Below, in pieces: positions 11,251 to 24,712 of a stretch of 64,000 nt of DNA. The notes below the pieces were generated by a model that was not told the DNA's origin, made no database searches, and was given only the letters and a program-made list of their open reading frames with translations. A program made the position numbers and the translations under genes. Each line of letters opens with the position of its first letter. Within the stretch, counting starts at the first letter, position 1. This stretch comes from Chrysemys picta bellii (Eukaryota), in the NCBI RefSeq assembly GCF_011386835.1, contig NC_088794.1, positions 88,288,001 to 88,352,000 on the forward strand, in the 5' to 3' direction.

Positions 11251-11914
11251 TTCGTTTCCAGTTCATGGAGAGCTGGTGCTGTGATAGATACGTCCTAAAT
11301 AGAAGATATGCTGATATCCAGTCTTTCAGATGTGTTTTGGAAATTTGCAATTGTCCCAACTTCCTGAGGAATCTGATACTGATAAAATTACTTTGAATGT
11401 TAATTTTATAGTGTTAGTGAAAGATGAGATTGACAGCTTTGGAGAGTGAGGTCATCTGTTGGTCTTCAAAAAATGTAGTGTGTGGGCACCACAAATGTAA
11501 GCCTCATTCCGTGCTGCGCTTATTTCATAATTGCTTTCTGTGGCATTCCTTGCACTTTCCTCTGGCGCATCTAGTGATGGTTGGAGAATACTGGACTAGA
11601 TGGACTTCTGGTTTGATCCAGTATTGTAATTCATCTTCACTCACGCATGTATACACGCGCTCCACCGATGTGCTTCACCCTGATTTGGAAAGATAGTCTT
11701 CAGGGTTGAGAGGGTACTTCAGTTTCCATGGCGCTTTGTTGTTGATTGTTATGGGAGCACCCACAGTGTGATAAATACTGTCCACAGGAAACGTAAGGTT
11801 TCCAATGATAGGCCGGTAATATGAAAGCTAATAGTGGGGAAAGAGAGAGAACATATATTTTTAAAAATCTTTGTGTAGTTACGAACTATCCACACTCCCG
11901 TCCTTCTGAGATCA

Positions 11915-12390
11915 TTGTTAGTAAGTAGATGTCATGGCAGGAGTGGATTTTGAGGTGGTATTTGAGGGATGGGAGAGGTAGGGAGTTGCTTTACAGATCA
12001 GTTTAGGGAGGGCGCTCCATGTATGTGGGTGGCTGTGGAGGAAGGGGCAAAAATTGTTGAGGGAAGTAGTTAGAGGGCTGGCTAATGCCAGCATCCTTGG
12101 TAGAATGGGTAAGAGGAGCAGATATGTAAAGGGATGTGAGGGTTGATAAACTTCAATTTGATGCGGTGGCAAGGGGGTCACTGGTGTAGGGATTTGAAGA
12201 GGGGGTGACAGAACAGGCAAAAAGCTGATCTTAGAAGCTGCAGTTTGTTGGGCTGAGGCAGAACTTGCGGGGAAGGTCAGAGAAAAGGAGCTTGCAATAA
12301 TTAAAGCAGGAGATGACAAAGGCCTGCGCAAGAACTTCAGCAGTGTGTGCAGAAAGTAAAGTTTATTTTAGAAACATGTGAAGAAAGAAA
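11915..12390 (-). mobile_element. Old L2-clade LINE fragment (ORF2 C-terminal region)
   Basis: Minus ORF 11918-12331 contains ALII...QTAASKISFL...VTPL, a frameshifted remnant of L2 ALIISRLDYCN...QNAAAKIIFL...HVTPL. Confidence 0.65.
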
Positions 12391-12678
12391 ATTACTAGTA
12401 GAGCTGGTCCGAAAATGACAACTTTTCCGGCACTGGGGCAGCGGGGGTGTGAGATTCACTTGTGCAAAAGCTTTTAATGGAAACTTTTCAGATTTTTGAA
12501 AACATCAGCCATTTCTATTAGCAAGATCTAGACACCTCCTGGGTGTGTGGGGTTGGGCAGAGGGTGGGAACAAAAGTGACCCACAGTTTGTATAGACCTG
12601 CATGACACAGAATGGTGCAGCTGTCAGCAGTAATGGAAAGCTGTACTGAGATCACCTGATCTGAAAATCTTTTCCTTT

Positions 12679-12968
12679 GGGCAGGTCTGCACTACAAACT
12701 TGCACCAATGCAGCTGTGCCACGGTAGCGTTTCTGGTGAAGATGCTCTAAACCGACAGGAGAGCGCTCTCCCATCAACTTAATACCTCCACCTCCAGGAG
12801 AGGCGGTAGCTATGTTGGTGGGAGAAGCTCTCCTGCTGACATAGTGCTGGATACTGGGGGGGGGGGGGGTTTAACGTCGGTGTAACTATGTCACTCGGGG
12901 TGTGGATTTTTCACAACCCTGAGTGAAGTAGTTATGCTGAAGTAAGTGCGTAGTGTAGGACCTAGCCC
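12679..12968. mobile_element. Harbinger-like MITE
   Basis: Termini gggcaggtctgcacta / tagtgtaggacctagccc; internal gagagcgctctcc and gagaagctctcc; same family as 35178. Confidence 0.75.
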
Positions 12969-14447
12969 TTGAAACTTAGATCAGGGCCTATGTCTTGCTG
13001 TGTTCAGAGAGTGTCAGGGTAGCTTATTTACTGTGGCATCTTTTGTAGGAGAGATTTATCAGCAAGTTGAGGGACTAGAGATTTTGGGAGGCTTAGTTAA
13101 CTGGTGAGATTTGTTTAATTTGCCTAATGGTAATTTGTTTAAATTTTGTGAGGTGGTGGATGTCCTACAAAATTAACTCTATAAAGGCATGGCCTGTGTG
13201 AAACATCCATCAGATGGTAACAATTTTCAGTCTACTAAAAATCTTGAGTAAGATTTGAACTGGTGAACTATAGATTAAAGGTAAATTGCAAGGAAATGGA
13301 TATGTCCCTCCCCTCCCCCCCCCATTTTTATTTTGTGGCTGTGACTTTTCAAGAGTCTGAATAGTGATGAGATTTTTAATGTTTGAATTTTTAGCATAAA
13401 GAAACCTTATTGTAAATTCTGCAAGTTTTGTATTTGTTCATGGCCTTGTTAGGTGTTGACATAAACGAACAGCCGAACAACTGAGAAGCAAAAGAGTTTT
13501 TAGTTGTGGAATGTGGCCAAAATTTGGGCAGAGGTCTAGACTGGCTCTCCAGTGAAATGACATTGGAAATCTTGTGGATAATCCTATAATAAACCATTTT
13601 GTAGTAGAAAATTCATGCTTTGAAAGGTAGGGCTAATTGGGAACTTACTTTCAAGCACCCAAGAGTAATCAGCCAGTCAGGAATTAAGTTTACCAAGTGT
13701 TTTTATTTGCTTTCGATTCTGTTGGAAGGGAATGTAAGCCTCAAAGTGGTAATAAAAGTTTATGTAATATATGTGGGTGTTTTTTTGCATAGACTAGCTG
13801 AGCTGTAACTAGACATAGAACTTCTCAGTTGTTTAAACATCAATCCAAAACAAATGCCACAACAGGAATGCAGTGCTGCTTCTCGGCTTTAAAAATCGTA
13901 ATTCAGTGCTGCTTGTGAAAGAGACTCTAGGAATACATTAGGAAGAGGAGAGAGACCACTCCCTACCTTTTCATTAATTACAAATTCTGTTCACCCAGTG
14001 AAGGCCTTTGGAATGAACCATTTAACTGTAAAGGGTGTTCCAGGCTGTACAGGTACAGAATTTGCTATACCAGATGAAATGCAGTCTGTCTGCTTTACCT
14101 AAAATACAAGTATGCAATAATGATTTCCCTGAAACAGAAATTATAGGATAAAAGGATATCTTGTTAGGTGTGGATTCTCTGGTATTCAAGTCAAAGAACA
14201 AAGATGTGAAATAGATTCATCCTTGGATTTGAAGTTCTTTGCTTTCATAAAAGCCCAGTGTGGGAATTTATTGTCCAAAAATCAGAGAACCAGCCACATC
14301 CTCTCAAACGTTCGACTGTGCAGAACAGAATGGTTTCCTCTCATATGGAACATAATTGGACATTAGCAGGAGTGTGTAAATACTTGTATAGTACCTGCTA
14401 TCTAAGGATTTCAGATCACTTTACAGGCACTCACTACTTAAAACAAT

Positions 14448-14600
14448 AAGGCTCAGACCCTGAGTCCCAACTTGACTCAAGTTTGGATCCTCTGGCCCTG
14501 CAGGGTCCTGAGACCGACCCCTGACTTAGCGCAATTGCAATGTAGACAGAATGGGGGTTAGGCAGGTTCAAGCATGGGCTTATGTGGCAGTGTAGACATA
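14448..14600. mobile_element. Partial Harbinger-like MITE
   Basis: Ends gcagtgtagacatac, the terminal motif shared with 29147. Confidence 0.45.
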
Positions 14601-17600
14601 CTGATAAAGGTCTCCCATCTAAGTACAGACCTGCTGTGACCCTATTTTGGGTTGAGGCCTGACAAGAATTCAGTGCGTGACTGTCTGGATGTGAGGGGAC
14701 GGAATGTAAACTGTCGCCCAGAGGATGTGTGAAGGGTATTTGTGAATTCAGGCAAGTTTAAGTGGATTGGTTGCCCCAGATCCCATACCGTGAAGTGCAG
14801 GCTTCCCATTTATTTCCTTAACAGCACTCTGCTCCCCAGAGGGGAGCCGTGAGGCTCTGTGTCAGTGTGAGCCATGTGCAGGTTAAAATATGATTACAAG
14901 CGGAAAAGTGACTGTAGGAATTTATTGTGGAGTTCCATGTTTAGGCTTACTCAGTGTCTTCCAGCTCAAATGTTCTCTGTTAAAGTTGAGCTGTGACCTT
15001 TCTAACTGTGTCAGTACCACAAACTCATCTCCTTAGGATCTGAAAACACAGCTAAATTCTACCATTGATGCCTTCACCAGTAATAAAGAATCTGCTTGTA
15101 TGTGAGAGATCTGAATTTGGTGTACGATTTACTTTCCAGAGCACTGGTGATTTTCCTTTCTGTCAGGGAAGCTCCTGTTTAAAGCTAACATGCAGCTGTG
15201 CATGTGAACCCAGAGTGGGAGAAGGCAAAAAGACTTCAAGTGGGGACCTCTGGACCAATTTTCAGTTTCCATTGGGCTACTGCCACCTCAATTGTATTTC
15301 TGTGAAGGGTGGCCAATTTCTCTCTCTTCCCCTCCCCTTCTGTCTGGGTCAGCATATGTCTTCTCTAACTGAGCTTGCATTAGTGTGAAACAAAGCTCCC
15401 CCTTCCTCCCCCCCCCAAAAAAAATCGGGGGGGGGGGGGGAACCCTCAACTTGTTTTTCATAAATGTGGTTTGTCATCAAAAGCTTGTTTCTTTAAAGGG
15501 AAAAGATGAAGGCCCTGTAATTTCAAAATGAGCATATTGACACCCCCTTCCTCAATAAATACTTTTGTGATGAAGTTCTGATGTCAAATTTTTTTTGCAC
15601 GTTTGTTTGGGCCCCCCACCCCAAACAGTGTTTGGCTGTGATGCCCCTAATCCTACACAATTGCTGTCTGTCTTCCGTGGGGCAACCCTTCTCACTTCTT
15701 GCTGTGCACACAGAAGCAGGAACAACCTTGGCAGCATCACAAAACCAAACATCTGGGCAGCACAGAGGAAGGTGGTCCGGATTAAAGTTGCACTCAGTAC
15801 CCAAGAGTCCTTGTTGATTGTACTCTTCTGTAAGCAAATGCCTGGCATTGCTAAAATAGTTCATTGGTTACTCTTGGTATGGGAACAGCAGGAGGGTTGA
15901 TCCTTGGACTTTGAAGCATTTGGGCTTCTTGCCTGATCTCTCTTCTGCAAGTATGAAATTAATACAGGGCTAGAAGTTTGTTCTGTGCACAAATCTGTCT
16001 TGAACGAATACCAGATATGTTAACTAGTGTAAACTTTAATGAGAAGAGAGAATGTTTTGATTTTGAACTGCAGCTGCTTAAACAGGGGCTCTTATATTGG
16101 GGTATGTGAGAGGCATCGGGGAGGGGGTACAATGCTAACAGAGGTTCACTTGGCCAGTCCTCTTCTATTTTACTTACTCTGTCACTTCAGACACCACGGT
16201 TGTTCGGAATAGGAATTCCCTCTCTCAGCTTGTGCTGCTGTGAAATCCTACTAATCCTTTTCACCATCACCCTTCTGTCTTGGAAAACCAAATTCACGAC
16301 TTGAGCACTTCAGTTTCACAGAGCAAGTAGGAATTTAAGCTGGGAAGAAATAAATTGACAAATATGGCAAGAAATGCAGGGGGGATTGTTATGAGAAGTG
16401 AATGAATTTGCATGTTAATCTTGATAGTTTTTAGAAGCCTTCATAAGTATGAGGAGACCATCACTAACTGTTGGAGACTCTTCCCTGAGCAAACTGGATT
16501 TACTGACTCACATACACTCACATAAAAATAAATATTTAAGACCAGAAGGGATTGTCCAGGAACTTTTATGTCTGCTTCAAGTTCGTATCAAATTCAAGTT
16601 CTCTCTCAAGGATGTATCAGTGTTTTGGAATTGGATAGATTCTGCACTGTTGGCTTCCTTTTAATTTATATCAAGTTTGTATCTGAACTCTCATTTCTAG
16701 ACTTGCTGCACTGGTTTGATTCTGTGCATTGCTGTTTTAGGAATTGCAACTGACTGGAGAGTGGATACGTTTAGGACTTAACGTTGCAACCATCCAGCTT
16801 GTGCCAAACCTTTATTTATTTATTTTGGTGCTGAACAGTTCCACTGTAATTGGCTAGTAGCAAAACTAGTTGTTCAGTGCAGCAGCATTAAGAGCGCTGT
16901 GGGTAAAACAAACCTCATGTTAGAGCTAATAAATAAATAAGTATTCTGATCCCCCATACTCTGGCATCATCTCATGAAAAGGGCTCTTAGCTTTACTGCC
17001 TTGGCTAGAGGGCTGGCAACATCAGTTCTTCATCAAGCCAGATACTAATTTTGAGGTGGTAGTGCTGGGGTCAGAGGAAAGGGGATTGACATTTCCTTTC
17101 ATCTTTAGAGAAGTGACCTATTTTGCTTTTAAATTTGAATTAAGTCCTCCTCAGAATGTACCATATGGCATTCCTGGTGAAACTAGCAGATGTTTCTCTA
17201 ACTGTGTATTTTATTTATTTATTTTGCTTTGTTGAATGGCTCTTCTTTGTTTCTTTCCACATGTCCTGTCTGCAGAGGGCTGTCGGCAACAACAGCTCTG
17301 GTATTGTAGGTTATTGGCGTGAATTTCTAAATGTGTATATTAAAATTCATGTCAAACTGGATGAAGGAGCTGCTTGGGATGTGAATCTGAAGCATCCTTT
17401 TGAGAGAGTGCAGTAACTGGATCGTAGATGCTGGGTCCAGGCTCCCAAGCAAAGATGTTCTCCTTTGTGTGACTGTCTCTGTTGGCCTCTGCACACTTGG
17501 TTTCTTAATATATATATGAGTCTTCCACCCTCCCCCTGCTTTTTGTGTGTGGTGAATTTAATCTCTCTTCATAGCTCTGCATCACTTTATATTTTGGAGA

Positions 17601-19120
17601 AATGTTGTTCTGAGGGGATGGGGATGTTTTTGCACATAAGCAATTGCTTCTTTTTGTATTCACCCTGCCAGTCTAATTGTTTGTTCATTCTGGTATGAAC
17701 CCATGAGCTGCTGTTCCAGCTTAGTAAGGTAGAGCAGACATATGATGATAGACTGCTTTAGATAGGCATTCACATAAGAGCCCAAGTACATACTCCAGCA
17801 TCATTTAGCAGTCTGCTGTGCAGGAAATAAATGACTGTGACCATAAATTGTTTTGTTTTGTGTGGTTTTTTTAAACGATGCAATATGTAGAGAAAGTGAG
17901 GGCAGTGCTCTCTATTAGGAAGGACTCAGCCCTTCATCTTTCTGAGGTACATAAACTGAATTTCATACAGGTTTGAGGAAACCTAGTGGTCCAGGATGTT
18001 TTGTTGTTTTTTTAAGCGTGTGTTAGAGCTATACATGTAGAGCCCTAACGTGGGTAAATCAGGGATTCTTTTTGAGCATGCACCACACTAATGACTTGTG
18101 CACAGTGCATATTGTATATGCAGCTTGGGTATGCACACCTATAATCAACATATGTCAAGGTGCTTGGTGACTATGTACAGACACTGGGGAACCCATGGCA
18201 CTTCCTGCAAATGTAGGGCTTTGGATGGTATCCTTGGCCAAATCTTCCCCTCTTTGCTACAGCTGTGTTAGTTGATTGCTGCCTCCCCCTATCTCAAGGT
18301 GGCTGCATTTCAGTGGTAATGTTTGTACATGGAGGGCAGGGGGGAAGTGTTGCTATTGTACCACTTCATACCTATTCACTTCAGTGGAACCACTCTGCTT
18401 TAACAGGTGCTTTTTAAGGTAAAATATTCATGTGCAATAAAGACTGGTTTGATTATTGATTTTAATTATGTCAAAAACCACAGATATTGCTCATTATACA
18501 AATATGTACTAGAGCAATGCAGGAGTTGCACTGAGACCCAGCAGGAACAGGACAAGCATAACGTGTTTAAAAAAGAAGAAAAGGAATGTTTACTAATAAC
18601 TTACCTGATACATACCATTGTGAGGAGGTGCTTCCAAACCAGATCGGTAACTAGACTGGTGGAAAACTTTTATTTCATTTTATTTGATTGACAGTTCATG
18701 GCAGAAGCTTCTTATTTTTAATCCAGCATTCACTGTTGGTGTATTTGGAAGCTGCAAGTTTCATTCTTTTTGCTACATTTAGATTGTTTGGAAGAAAAGT
18801 TATTTTCAAAATACCAGTGGGATCATAGAACAATGTGAGACTGGTGGCCTGCAGCCATAATGGAGAAGCACAGCCTGCAGAGTGTGAGTGTGTGCGCCTT
18901 GTGTTTTTTAAATCTAAATGATTTGAGTGCCAGTCCTGGTTAGAACCAACCAAAGTTTAATCCAAAAGTATTAATGTGATTTGGTAGTATGTCCTCTTCC
19001 ATAGCGTAACCTTCTCTAAGGAAAAAGTCTAGCCATGTTCAGTGGGAGGAGTGTGTAGAGGAGTTGAAAGAAACACTGGCAGTACTGAGATAATAAAATT
19101 TATACCATTTTAGATAATAG

Positions 19121-19289
19121 CACTGGAATGCGTTACCTAGGGAGGTGGTGGAATCTCCTTCCTTGGAAGTTTTTAAGGTCAGGCTTGACAAAGCCCTGGC
19201 TGGGATGATTAAGTTGGGGATTGGTCCTGCTTTGAGTAAGGGGTTCGACTGGATGGCCCCTTCCAACCCTGATATTCTAGGATTCTATG
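19121..19289 (+). mobile_element. CR1 (PsCR1-type) 3' end
   Basis: ttacctagggaggtggtggaatctccttccttggaagtttttaaggtcaggcttgacaaagccctggctgggatg...ttccaaccctgatattctaggattctatg with an ATTCTATG-type tail; possible aatag TSD. Confidence 0.9.
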
Positions 19290-19810
19290 AATAGGAATCC
19301 CATCCAAAACTGGTGTTCAGAGTTCAGTCCTGAAACGCTCCACTGTGTTCTTACCTGCCCCCAAACGCCTTATCCTTCTTTTATTGTGTTAATATTGGGT
19401 CTAGAAAAGGTAGCTACTGGGTCTGAATTTGTTTAATGTGATGTGCGTGGAATGGGGTGAATGTGTCTGAGGTTCTAGCTGAGGCCATCTAGGTAGGCCA
19501 GGCTTCAAGTAGTGTTGCAGCATTTGGGAACGTGTACACACAGGAGAGATGATGATGGAGTGCTGAAAGAGGGTCTGTTTCCATCTTCCCTGCAGTGAAG
19601 AGATGTTGTGGGAGGTCACAGCTGATCACACAGGGCTCCGAGAGAGTAATAGTTTTTCTCAAATCATGTTACAGAAGAAAGTTGTAGTATGTTCTTGCCT
19701 TACCATCCTTAGTGAACACCCCCCCACACCCCCCATCCCTATGCTAGTTCTGCATGTAAAACTAACTTCCAGGGCTAATCAACCCAATACTTATTCATTT
19801 TATCTGCTGT

Positions 19811-19929
19811 CTGTCTTGTCTGTTTAGATTGTAAATTCATTGGGACAGAGACTCTTTCTTTCTAGGTGTTTGTACAGTGCCTAGCCCTTTGAGGCTTCTA
19901 GGTGCAATCATGGTACAAAGAAGAATAAT
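19811..19929 (+). mobile_element. L2/MIR-like 3' tail fragment
   Basis: ttagattgtaa...gggacagagac...tgtttgtacagtgcctagc; similar piece at 42975-43075. Confidence 0.6.
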
Positions 19930-20841
19930 CTTGTATGCAGTTTCTTGTACCTAATTCTTGATCAAGCTACTGTAGTTTGTAGCTAGTCCCTAACCCTTAC
20001 ACTAGGCACTTTCCTTGTTTGCCTAATATACTAATCTATGCCATTTTAAATGGAGATTGTGAGATACTGAAAACACACCGGACTCTGGAAGAGAGGTGGG
20101 CTTGGATGTCTGAATTAATATCCAAGACTTGACTCTGTTTCAGACAGAGCTAAAATTCAATGCTGTCTTCTGTAGAAGAGGGGACAGCCACACAACTGAA
20201 ACATTCAAATAACAGTGTTTAAGGAGCTGTCAGGGGTCCACAGGGGTATGCTACAAACACAGGAGGAAGTGACAGTCTAATCCTTGTGTTGCCCTTCACA
20301 ACAAGGGAAAAGCTGTACTGGGAATGTTTTGGGTGCAGGGAGTGCCCGGACAACTTTTTATAGACCAAGAACTTGCATCATTTCCTGTTACAGTTACAGT
20401 ACTTATATTGCGGAAGTTCCCATAGCGCTCTTGGTGCTTTCAAAAGAAATGAACAGAAAACCCCTTCCCTAGAGAGCTTAAATCTAATTAGGACACACAA
20501 GCAGAACTTTTGAGGTCATTCAGATACACGGTACATCTTTAAAATAAGACCAGACTTGCTTCTCATCCCTACATCCTCCACTTCCTCTGTCGAGATGCCC
20601 CAGCCAACCTGGTTAGCCGTTGGTGTGTGCCTTTCTCCCACCCTGCTCACTGAAAGAGCATGTAAAGCTTGAAAATCATGTCCAGTAGAGTGTAAAGGCA
20701 GCTCCAGCCAAGATCCTGCCTGTGCAAGAGGTGGTTTGTGTTGATGATCCTATCTCTCTGGAATTCTGTGTGTATATGGTGGGATGGGGGGGGGGGAGGT
20801 GGCAAAACAGTGGTCAATCAAAACCCCCTCAGATGAGTGAA

Positions 20842-20873
<32 letters not shown>

Positions 20874-21073
20874 TCAGTAATCTTTGAAGGTACTTTTAAT
20901 GTTGGAGTTGCAGGCACATAGCCATCCTGCCCCTGCTGGGTACTAATGTTGCCTACTGTTTCTTTCCCTTGCTGGGGCAGGGACTTCCCGTGTGACCAAG
21001 TGTGTTTGCTTTGGAAAGCTCCAGAAGATACCATATAACAGAGATTGCAGGCTCCATGCAGAGGAACCAAATA

Positions 21074-21244
21074 CACCCCCACCTCGATATAACGCTGTCC
21101 TCGGGAGCCAAAAAATTGTACCGCGTTATATTGAACTTGCTTTGATCCACCCAAGTATGCAGCCCCGCCACCCCAGAGCACTGCTTTACCGCGTTATATC
21201 CGAATTCGTGTTATATCGGGTCACGTTATATTGAGGTAGCGGTG
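21074..21244. mobile_element. Tigger-like MITE
   Basis: TA|cacccccacctcgatataac ... gttatattgaggtagcggtg|TA. Confidence 0.85.
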
Positions 21245-21762
21245 TAAGTCCAAATTAAGTCTCCTTAAATTGTTAGCATAAAATAAGTGGATTGTGTGTG
21301 TTCTAAACTAGTAGATATAATTTTCTAGTGCTGGAATTCTGCACAGGATCTTGCAAATTGCAGAAAGCCCCATACCCTGCAAACCTTACCAAGTCCTGTA
21401 TGATTCATGGGGCAGTTATTCAGTCCTGGGAAGGGTTGGAAACCTTGTGGATGAGCTCAGCTTAGGAAGTGTCATGAAAAATGGATTTTGCAGAAGGATT
21501 TGGGGGAGATGAAGGGCTCTTCCTCACATGCAAAGAGTGAAGCAGTATGTGCAGAGATGGGTATTTAAGATAAGGAGGTGAATGGGGTGGGGAAATGTAA
21601 GAGGAAGTGAAAGTAAAAATGTAGGCAGAGGTGGAACGTCTGCAAAATATTGAAGGTGAGGACAAAGTGCTGAAAATTGAAGGAGAAGAAAAGCAAGTGA
21701 AGGGATTTAGAGGAAAGCAGTTGGGGGCAAGGTCGGTCTCTTTCTCTATCTGTATAAAATGG

Positions 21763-21965
21763 GGGGAGGGATAGCTCAGTGGCTAGAGCATTGGCCTGCT
21801 AAACCCAGGGTTGTGAGTTCAGTCCTTGAGGGGGCCACTTAGGGATCTGGGGTAAAATCAGTACTTGGCCCTGCTAGTGAAGGCAGGGGACTGGACTTGA
21901 TGACCTTTCAGGGTCCCTTCTAGTTCTATGAGATACGTATAGCTCCATATATTTATTTATTTTAT
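21763..21965 (+). mobile_element. Tortoise Pol III/SINE, full length
   Basis: tRNA-like head gggagggatagctcagtgg (A box)...gtgagttcagtcc (B box), CR1-like 3' region, (TTTA)n tail. Confidence 0.92.
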
Positions 21966-23548
21966 CAGTGATTCTCATTTCACCAATGAAAAGCGGAGTC
22001 AAATATTTACTGAACATTAACCTCAAACTCTGCTTTCTTTAACCTTTTCCTAAGCAGTCTCATGCTATAACTTTTGCCTTTGTGCCAAATACTTTACGTG
22101 CTTTGGGGCAGAAAGGGCATACATGTCCAGAGTTTCCTTTCACATTATTTTTTCAGTTCTCTGAATCCATATATTTAAAGTGAAATCTCAATATATCTAT
22201 ACTTTTTTTTTTCTTTAAGTACTTACACATTTTATTGCATGCTAGGAACTATTTGATGTTTTTGAAAACTAACCTTGTCTTGAACTGGAAGAACCTGCTG
22301 AAGTGGGATCAGAGGAAATGGTTACAAATCAGATTATACTTCTGAAATCAGGATCATTTGCTTGGGTTTTATTTAACTAAGCGCACACTAGTCTTCAGCA
22401 AGAGTTCATCCTCTGGTACAAATCCAAGGCTTCCCATATGCATCTCTCCCGTTGTACAGACTTGCATAGCGAATCAGAAAAATTAGTCCTAGAAGTATTG
22501 ACAAGAATATTATGATACGTGTGCCATGGATGGAAAATGTGATAAGAAATGTCATTTCTCCTGAGACGCTTTCATTGGGATGGGGAGGAGGGGAATGGCA
22601 GCGGGGGAGACTTGTAGGGTTTTTCTTACACCGCCTGAAAAAAATTCTGTAGCTAAAATGGCATCTGACCTTTATTTCTCCATGTAATAGCCAGCTTGTT
22701 CAGTGTAATGCAGACAAAGAAATCTTGCTGAAAGGAGTGAGGCCTTGGTTCCTCCAAGTTAATATACCTCAGTGGCCACATGTAAGCTAATAGGGCTAAT
22801 CAACCAGCGATGGCGTGCACCTACCTTTTTTATTGCCAATATTATACTTCTGGTGAACCCTCTAAAACTCAACATGTGTGAAATTGCAGATTTGCATAAA
22901 AGCCTATTCGCTGCTTGTGGGGGAGGATGGAAAATCTGGGCACTGCTGCACACAGAATTAGGATTTTTCCAAGCTGTGATGTTACCAGTTTAAAGACAAA
23001 CATGAAACAACTTCAGAAATGACTTCCCTAGAAGTCTGCAGTGACCTCTGTGGCTAGATTACCGAAATAGGGACTATGGTAATTTATCAACATGTAGTTG
23101 CGATGCACTTTTGAAACCACATCTTAACTATATTAACAGCTCTTTTGTTGTACTAGGTGATACCATTCTTACATAGATATCTGTATCAGACTAAATAGTT
23201 AACATTAAGCTTATCAAACTTTAGAAAAGGGGCTCTTTCCAAAATATTCCTTTACATAGATCTAGTGTTAATCATCTGCCTCTTCTGAGACTTTGCTGTG
23301 GCTTGTCCAGCAGGTTTGGGATAGAATTGTCATTCCCTAATGACTATATTTTACCATTTATACTTGAATATGTCTGAGTAGAAGATTACAGGCTCTTAAT
23401 CTTTGAGAAGGCTTTCTTGATTCTTGTGCTGCCCTTTTCCCCAATTCTGGGTTGTTGGCGTGAGTCTGAAAGCAGGATTATCGTGTTTTCTTTTTAGAAG
23501 GTGGGGTTTTTTTTTTTGGTATTGCCACAGTCATCAGGCTATTCCTTT

Positions 23549-24712
23549 ATAGAATCATAAAAATGTAGGACTGGAAGGCTCTTTGAGAGGTCCCCAAATC
23601 CAGCCCTCTGCACGGAAGCAGAACCAAGTAAACCTTGAGCATCCCTTCTGTATGTTTGTCCAATCTATTCTTAAAAACCTCCAATGGTGGGGTTCCACAA
23701 CCTCCCTTGAAAGCCTGTTCCAGAGTTTAGCTACCCTTATAGTTAGAAAGCTTTCCTAATATCTAACCTAAATCTCCCTTGCTGCAGATTAAACCCATTA
23801 TTACTTGCCCTTGTCTTCAGTAGACAGAGAACAAATTGATCACAGACCTCTTTATAACAACCCTTAACATATTTAAAGACTGTTATCTGATCCCCCTCAG
23901 TCGTCTTTTCTTAAGAGTAACATGGCCAGTTTTTTAAGCTCTCCTCAAACCTTTTATCATTTTTGTTGCTCTCCTCTGGCCTTTCTCCAATTTGTCCATA
24001 TCTTTCCTAAAGTGTGGCGCTTAGAACTGGATGCAGTATTCCAGCTGAGGCCTCACCAGTGCTGAGCAGAGCAGGACAGTTACCTCTTGTCTTACACCCG
24101 ACACTCCTGTTAATACACACCAGAATGTTAGCCTTTTTTGCAACTGCATCACATTGTTGACTCCTGTTCAGTTTGTGATCCACTGTAGCCCCCAGATCCC
24201 TTTCAGCAGTATTATCACCTAGTCAATTATTCCCTATTTTGTAGTTGTGCATTGCTTTTTTCCTTCCAAAGTGGTGGTGTACTTTACATTTGTCTGTATT
24301 GAATTTCATCTTATTGAATTCAGGCCAGTTCTCCAATTTGTCACGGTCACTTTGAATTCTAATCCTGTCTTCCGAAGTGCTTGCAACTCCTCGTGGCTTG
24401 GTGTCATCTGTAAATTTTATAGTCATTCTCTGTACTCCATTATCCAAGTCATTAATGAAAATATTGACTCGTACCAGACCCATGATTGACCCCTCCAGGA
24501 TCCCACCAGATACACTTGCCCAGTTTGACAACAAACCATTAATAACTATTCTTTGAGTATGGTCTTTCAACTAGTTGTGCACCCACCTTATAGTAATTTC
24601 ATCTAGACCACATTTCCCTACTTTTCTTATGAGACTGTCAAAAGCCTTACAAACAATAAGTTCTATCACATCTACAGCTTCCTCCTATTCACTAGGGCAG
24701 TAACCTTGTCAT
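23549..24712 (-). mobile_element. CR1 LINE, 3' portion (decayed RT)
   Basis: Minus ORF 24223-24570 contains GILEGSIMGLVRVNIFINDL and KFTDDTK (CR1 RT GVPQGSVLGP..FINDL / FADDTK); tail atagaatcata. Confidence 0.93.

Noticed and set aside
13250-13285. Possible LF-SINE/AmnSINE relic (gatttgaactggtgaactatag)
   Set aside because: The match is too short and based on memory of the consensus; it needs a Dfam HMM search.
17276-17300. Possible 25-nt micro-exon
   Set aside because: Weak donor (CTG|gtattg); no frame or homology support.
21763-21840. tRNA-like sequence
   Set aside because: It is the head of the tortoise Pol III/SINE, continuing into SINE body and tail; not a tRNA gene.
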